64,000 bases of DNA. It comes from an uncultured Actinomycetes bacterium (GTDB taxonomy: Bacteria > Actinomycetota > Thermoleophilia > UBA2241). Below, piece by piece: positions 59,396 to 64,000 of the stretch. The notes beneath the pieces were generated by a model. That model had not been told where the DNA came from. It saw only the letters and a program-made list of their open reading frames with translations, and searched no databases. A program made the position numbers and the translations under genes. The stretch lies in the NCBI GenBank assembly GCA_963709345.1, contig CAVPVX010000007.1:704001-768000 (forward strand). The letters are read 5' to 3'. Position 1 is the first letter of the stretch, and each line of letters opens with the position of its first letter.

Positions 59396-59700
59396 ACGCC
59401 GAGGAGCCCGCAGCCGAGAGTCAGGTCGGTCTGCAGTTCTCGCTCTACCCGCTACGCCAGGAACACCTCAGGCCGGCGATCAGCGCCGCCCTTCAGGCAA
59501 CCACCACGGCCGGCCTTGAGGCCCACGTGGGCCAGCTGAGCAGCTTTGCCGCGGGCGACGAGGACGCCGTCTTCGCCGGCGTGCGCGCAGCGTTTGACGC
59601 CGCCAAGTCGTTCGGACCCACGGTGATGGTCGTCACGCTTTCGAGCGGGCTACCGAGTGAAGCGACGGTCGCGGACATTCAGAGCACCACCGAAGCTTGA
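59392..59700 (+). CDS. YkoF/thiamine-binding-protein-like protein
   Basis: QFSLYPL, GQLSS and GDEDAVFAGV. Confidence 0.75.
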   Translation: MNAEEPAAESQVGLQFSLYPLRQEHLRPAISAALQATTTAGLEAHVGQLSSFAAGDEDAVFAGVRAAFDAAKSFGPTVMVVTLSSGLPSEATVADIQSTTEA

Positions 59701-59869
59701 GCGCCGACTGCGCCCTCTCCGGCGCAGCTTCGCCATCTGTTCGGGAGCGCCCTGAGCGTGCCGCTGCGCGGCGTACTCGGCAGCGCGCCGGGTCGCCAGC
59801 AGGGCGCGTCGCGCGAGGCGGCGCAGTTCGGCGTCTTTGGCGCCGGCCTCTGCCGCGCTGAGGTGCGCG

Positions 59870-60168
59870 AGGGCTTCCGCGAGCGGCGCTCGTAGCGCGG
59901 CGCGGCGGCGGGCGCCGCGAGTGCCTTGCGGATCGCCTGGCGCGACCAGCCGGTGCGCCGCGCGGTCTCGCGGATCGACCAGCCGTCATGGGCGCGCAGC
60001 TTGATGAACTCGACGTCGACCATCCTCAGCACTTGCCTTCCTCCTGCTCCCGTCGCGAGCGTCCCTTGAGAGCGGGAACCCGACCGACGGTACAGGCACG
60101 GTTGGGGTGGTCAGCTTTTCGGTGATCGAAACACCCTCAGGTGGTCAGCATTTAGGCTAGCGAACGCA
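59870..60168 (-). mobile_element. IS21-family remnant (left end plus truncated istA)
   Basis: Starts TG at 60168; repeated GCTGACCACC motifs (60106-60115, 60140-60149); AGGAGG RBS then MLRMVDVEFIK..GWSIRETARRTGWSRQAIRKAL HTH, truncated after about 55 aa. Confidence 0.75.
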
Positions 60169-60413
60169 CTTGCCGGATGCGGCAACACATCGGGCTCGCA
60201 GGGGGCAGACGATGGGCAAGCAGGAACGACGCAACCGGCCGAGCGGGAATACGACCTCGATGAGACCGGCAAGGCGGCGGCGGACCTGCTGGGCGGAGAG
60301 GGCGCGGCCGAAGGACGGGGCATCGACGTGGCCCTTTGCAGGAGCGTCAGAGGCGCAGGTGCCGCACTTCGGTCTTGAACTCAGGCGTCACCGCGAACCG
60401 GTGCGATGCCTCG

Positions 60414-60857
60414 TCACGACTTACCCCAGCCGGGCAACTGACTGGCTTGCTTCACCCATGCGGCGAACTGCTCCTCGTCGAACTGGTCGTCCTCGTAGAT
60501 GTTGAGGTAGCGCACGTTCTCGTCTTTGGACTCGCCCGGAGGGACGGGGTCCAGCGACGAACCGGTGAAGAAGGCCACTTTCACGTACTTCGCGAAGCAA
60601 TGGAAGTTGAGGAACCAGCCCTGCCCTTCCATGCCGTAGAACGGCGAATTCCAGCGCACCGCCTTTCGCACGTCCGGGACGGCTCGCACGACGATCGAGT
60701 CCAGGTGACGTCCGACGTCGCTCTTCCAGCCCGGCATGGCCTTGATGTAGGCCTGTACGGGAGCGTCGCCGTCGGCCTTCGCGATCTGAGGATTGCCGCC
60801 TGAGAGGAGGACCGGCTCCGCTGCCTCTCCGGACTTCCTGGTCACCTTGCCCGCCAT
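60414..60857 (-). CDS. DUF1801 domain protein
   Basis: LLSGGNPQIAKADGDAPV, AMPGWK, KAVRWNSPFYG and WVKQASQLPGW. Confidence 0.9.
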   Translation of the reverse strand: MAGKVTRKSGEAAEPVLLSGGNPQIAKADGDAPVQAYIKAMPGWKSDVGRHLDSIVVRAVPDVRKAVRWNSPFYGMEGQGWFLNFHCFAKYVKVAFFTGSSLDPVPPGESKDENVRYLNIYEDDQFDEEQFAAWVKQASQLPGWGKS

Positions 60858-61004
60858 TGCGCATACTCCTGACCCATAGGTTCACCGACGCCCTGATGAT
60901 TGCCCCGGCGGATGCTTCAGTACGCCTACCGCACCGCGGATAAGCTGCGAGCGTCGCGGCCCCGCGTTGCTGCGGCGCTTTGGCGAGCCGGCTTGATCCG
61001 CTTG

Positions 61005-61360
61005 TTAGTCTGCGTCTCCCACCTCGGCCAGGAGCGCCTCGCACTCGGCGCGCAGCACTGGCACGTCGTCGCGGGCGATCAGCCAGACGATGCGGTCGTC
61101 GACGTGCAGATAGGCGTGCGTGAGCTGGTTGCGGAAGTCGACGATGCGGCGACCGTTCGTGATGCGCGCGAACAGCTGCGGGCTCGGTGCGCGAGAGCAC
61201 GGCGACCGCCTCGCCGATGATGGTGAACTCGCGCTCGACGGCCGAGCGCAGCATGCGCGTCGCGTGGTACTCGTCGAACTCCACGCCGGAGAGCACCGAC
61301 GTCGATGGCGTCGCAGGCCTCGATGACATCGCGCAGATAGGCCGGCGCGTCACGCTGCAT
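61005..61360 (-). pseudogene. HepT-like (DUF86, HEPN) RNase toxin with two +1 frameshifts
   Basis: MQRDAPAYLRDVIEAC / RSAVEREFTIIGEA / FRNQLTHAY (RxxxxH) are read in three successive frames. Confidence 0.8.
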
Positions 61361-61658
61361 AGAGGAGCTGCTTGGTACGCTCGATCTCGCGCGCCACGTA
61401 GCGGTTGCGGACGGCGTCGACCATGAGCAGGTCGACCTCCGTGCCGAGCAGGGCGCGGAGATCGTCGAGGAGGCCGAAGTAGGCGTCGACCAGGGCGTAC
61501 CCCTCATGCGGGCCGAACTCGACGAGCAGGTCGATGTCGCTCTCGCCGGGGCGGAAGTCGTCGCGCAGGGCGGAGCCGAAGACCTCGAGGCGCGCGACGC
61601 CGTGCCGGGCGCACAGCTCGGCGATCGCCTCACGCTTGTCCTGCAGCACGTCGACCAC
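61350..61658 (-). CDS. MNT minimal nucleotidyltransferase antitoxin
   Basis: VFGSALRDDF..SDIDLLVEF and VDL; overlaps the HEPN gene start. Confidence 0.9.
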   Translation of the reverse strand: MVDVLQDKREAIAELCARHGVARLEVFGSALRDDFRPGESDIDLLVEFGPHEGYALVDAYFGLLDDLRALLGTEVDLLMVDAVRNRYVAREIERTKQLLYAA

Positions 61659-61933
61659 GACGACCACCTCCGACCGCCATGCTACCCGGGTGCGCCGCGG
61701 CTGGCCACAGTGGACGACCGCCGACGCCCCGCCTGAAGACAGACCAACAAGGCTTCTGCAGTCTGCGAAAGACGCCCGCCTCCGCGTCGCCACGCTGCCC
61801 CAGTGATGCCGCGTGGTCGAGTGTCACGTCTCGTGATGTCGCGTCTCGTCGGCAGAATGTCGGCAGTCTTGCCGATTCGGAAGGCGTGCTGCCGAAACGC
61901 CGCACCACGAAAGCGCACTGTGCAGCATCAAAG

Positions 61934-62009
61934 TGGCGCCCCCGGCTGGAATCGAACCAGCGACACCAGGTTTAGGAAACCTGTGCTCTATCCACTGAGC
62001 TACGAGGGC
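61934..62009 (-). tRNA. tRNA-Arg(CCT)
   Basis: GCCCTCGTAGCTCAGTGGATAGAGCACAGGTTTCCTAAACCTGGTGTCGCTGGTTCGATTCCAGCCGGGGGCGCCA: cloverleaf, anticodon CCT, CCA end. Confidence 0.96.
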
Positions 62010-62064
62010 ATTGTGCCGATTTGCAGGGGTTTTTCCTCTGCGACAGCCGGACCAGAATACCAGA

Positions 62065-62084
62065 GTTGCGAAAAGGTTGCGAAA
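62065..62084. repeat. GTTGCGAAA direct repeat, candidate integrase arm-type sites
   Basis: Two copies 11 nt apart between the integrase-side cargo and the tRNA 5' end. Confidence 0.45.
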
Positions 62085-62274
62085 TCTGCAGGAAACCTGC
62101 GGCGAGGCGGCCGAAGGCGGCCGGCAGAACGGCTGAACCCGCGAGCCGAGAGTGCCTACGGGAGGGGTCAGTTGCGGCGGCTTGCGAGCGCCAGGTACGG
62201 GCGCGAAGGTTGGGCGTCGGTGCCCCGGGTAGGCTCTGGTGCAGTCTGACGAGGCGAGGAGCGGAGTCGGGTCC

Positions 62275-62961
62275 ATGAGCACAAAACCAGAGCAGCAGTC
62301 CATCGCGGACCGGGAAGCGCACTTCCTCCCACTCGACCGCTTCAACGCCTTCTCCGACGGCGTCTTCGCGATCGCCATCACGCTGCTGGTGCTTGAGATA
62401 GCCATCCCGCATGCGGGCGAAAGCGTGTTGCCGGCGCTGCGCGAGCAGTGGCCCGAGTTCCTCGGCTACTTCATCAGCTTCGCCTTCATCGGCGGCATCT
62501 GGATATCGCACTCCGGCGTGACCAAGTTCATGAAGCACGGAGACACGGAGTCGTTCACACTGAACCTCTTGCTCCTGCTCCTCGTCGGCCTGCTGCCCTT
62601 CAGCACGGCGCTCATGGTCACGCACCTGAAGGGCGCCGACGCCGAGGTCTCCGTCCTGCTCTACGGCGTCAACCTGCTGCTCGCCTCGCTCGTGCTCAGC
62701 CTGCTCATCCGCTACCTCGCGCGCGAGCCCTCGCTGCTCGTCGACCAGGTCGCGGAGGGCACCCTGCGGCGCATCACCCGTCGGCGCTGGACCGCGCTCG
62801 GGCTGAACCTGCTCGCGATCGCCGTGGCGCTCATCGCCCCCAAGGTCGCCGTCGGCCTCTACCTCGTCGAGACCACGCTGCTCCTGGTCATCCCGTTCCT
62901 CGGTCTGCGCCGGCACCGGCATCAGCCGAGACCGGCCGGAAGCGGCGGTCGGAGCAGGTGA
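62275..62961 (+). CDS. TMEM175 (DUF1211) family K+ channel
   Basis: RFNAFSDGVFAIAITLLVLEI, YFISF..W..H and LLPFST. Confidence 0.92.
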   Translation: MSTKPEQQSIADREAHFLPLDRFNAFSDGVFAIAITLLVLEIAIPHAGESVLPALREQWPEFLGYFISFAFIGGIWISHSGVTKFMKHGDTESFTLNLLLLLLVGLLPFSTALMVTHLKGADAEVSVLLYGVNLLLASLVLSLLIRYLAREPSLLVDQVAEGTLRRITRRRWTALGLNLLAIAVALIAPKVAVGLYLVETTLLLVIPFLGLRRHRHQPRPAGSGGRSR

Positions 62962-62980
62962 TCCAAGGACGCTGGAAGGA

Positions 62981-64000
62981 CTAGCCGCGACGGCTTGCGA
63001 GCGCGATGACGTTGTCGGGCGCGGGCTGCGCATCCTCGGCCGCCTTCGTCTCAGCCTGCTCGAGGGCGGCCCTCGTCACCTCGTCGAGCCCTGCCACCGC
63101 CTTCGCCCGCGCGGCGGTGGTGAGGCGCACGTAGTGCCGCAGCGTGGTCGCCGGGTCGGAGTGCCCGAGCCACTCCTGCGCCTGCTTGACCCCGTAGGTC
63201 TCGTAGACCCAGGTGCCGAACGAGTCTCTGAGCCCGTGGATCGGAAGGTGCGGGTCGATCTTCTGGCGAGCGACCCAGTTCCACCACTGGCTCTTGAGGG
63301 TCGAGGGCGCCATCTGGGTGCCGTCCTTCTTGGGGACCACGCGGCCGGCCTCGTTCCAGGCCGGGCCCTGGGCCAGGCGGTACTCCTTCTGGGCGGCGAG
63401 CCAGACGCGCAGCTCGTCGCAGGCCGCGGCGGGCAGCGGCACGGTCCGCGCCTTGCCGTTCTTGGGCGGGTACTCGAGCAGCGTGCCGTCCTCGTCCTCT
63501 TCGACGGTGCGGGACACGGTGACGAAGCCGCGCTCGAGGTCGAGGTCGCTCCAAAGCAGGCCCGCGATCTCACCGACGCGCAGGCCGGAGAAGCCGGCGA
63601 GCACGCCGGCGGCGTGGACCTGCAGGCCGCGCGCCTTGATCACCGTGCTCGCGATCTCCTCCATGCTCCAGACCGGGCGCGTCTTCGGGCGCAGGGCGGG
63701 CGGGTTCTTGACGCGCAGCGCCGGGTTCACGAGCAGCAGCTCCTCCTCGAGCGCCCAGTTGTAGGCGGTCTTGAGCATCGCGTGGTGGTGGGCGACGGTG
63801 GTCTCGGCCAGCGGCTTCGCCTTCTTGCTCCCCCGCAGCTTCGCGGCGTAGTAGGTCGAGAGCTGCGCGCGGGTCAGCTTGCCGGCGAGCACCTGGCCGA
63901 GCGCGGGGTCCACGTGGATCCGGCGGATGCGGCGGTAGGAGTTGTAGCTGGCGACGCGCATCTCGCCGCGGGTCGCCTCGAGCCAGCGGTCGAGGAGCTC
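62981..64000 (-). CDS. Tyrosine recombinase / phage integrase (5' end outside the window)
   Basis: SGLRVGEIAGLLWSDLD, PKNGKAR, HGLRD, LGHS and LRHY catalytic motifs. Confidence 0.93.
   Translation of the reverse strand, partial: ELLDRWLEATRGEMRVASYNSYRRIRRIHVDPALGQVLAGKLTRAQLSTYYAAKLRGSKKAKPLAETTVAHHHAMLKTAYNWALEEELLLVNPALRVKNPPALRPKTRPVWSMEEIASTVIKARGLQVHAAGVLAGFSGLRVGEIAGLLWSDLDLERGFVTVSRTVEEDEDGTLLEYPPKNGKARTVPLPAAACDELRVWLAAQKEYRLAQGPAWNEAGRVVPKKDGTQMAPSTLKSQWWNWVARQKIDPHLPIHGLRDSFGTWVYETYGVKQAQEWLGHSDPATTLRHYVRLTTAARAKAVAGLDEVTRAALEQAETKAAEDAQPAPDNVIALASRRG

Larger units (their letters stand above)
53670..61964. mobile_element. Integrase-less genomic island at the tRNA-Arg(CCT) 3' end
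   Basis: Bounded by direct repeats of the tRNA 3' end; cargo includes dinB, an IS21 remnant and an MNT-HEPN TA pair. Confidence 0.65.

Overview
High-GC bacterial DNA. Gene content (SepF, futalosine menaquinone pathway, AhbD, DUF2252, DUF1469/DUF3618 pair) suggests an anaerobic or facultative actinobacterium such as Thermoleophilia; this is an inference. In order, the window holds: a LuxR regulator; birA-bioY; a membrane HD-GYP phosphodiesterase preceded by two unannotated short ORFs sharing a GG(S)KMH C-terminal motif; two MFS transporters; a long minus-strand menaquinone/heme cluster (mqnC, mqnA, mqnE, polyprenyl synthase, menG, ubiX, ubiA-like, ubiD-like, rex, hemL, ahbD, hemB); dhaK-dhaL-dhaM/PTS fusion; cell-wall genes; an alternative-oxidase-like protein; a two-finger C2H2 protein; an mttB with an in-frame TAG at the pyrrolysine position; pepE, csp and rpsR; an ~8 kb island bounded by tRNA-Arg(CCT) and a copy of its 3' end; and a tyrosine integrase at the right edge. 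The best candidate for an undescribed system is the peptide pair plus HD-GYP sensor flanked by sigma28-like promoters (about 2.9-4.6 kb). The second highlight is the probable pyrrolysine-containing MttB. All calls come from reading sequence motifs; no database searches were run.
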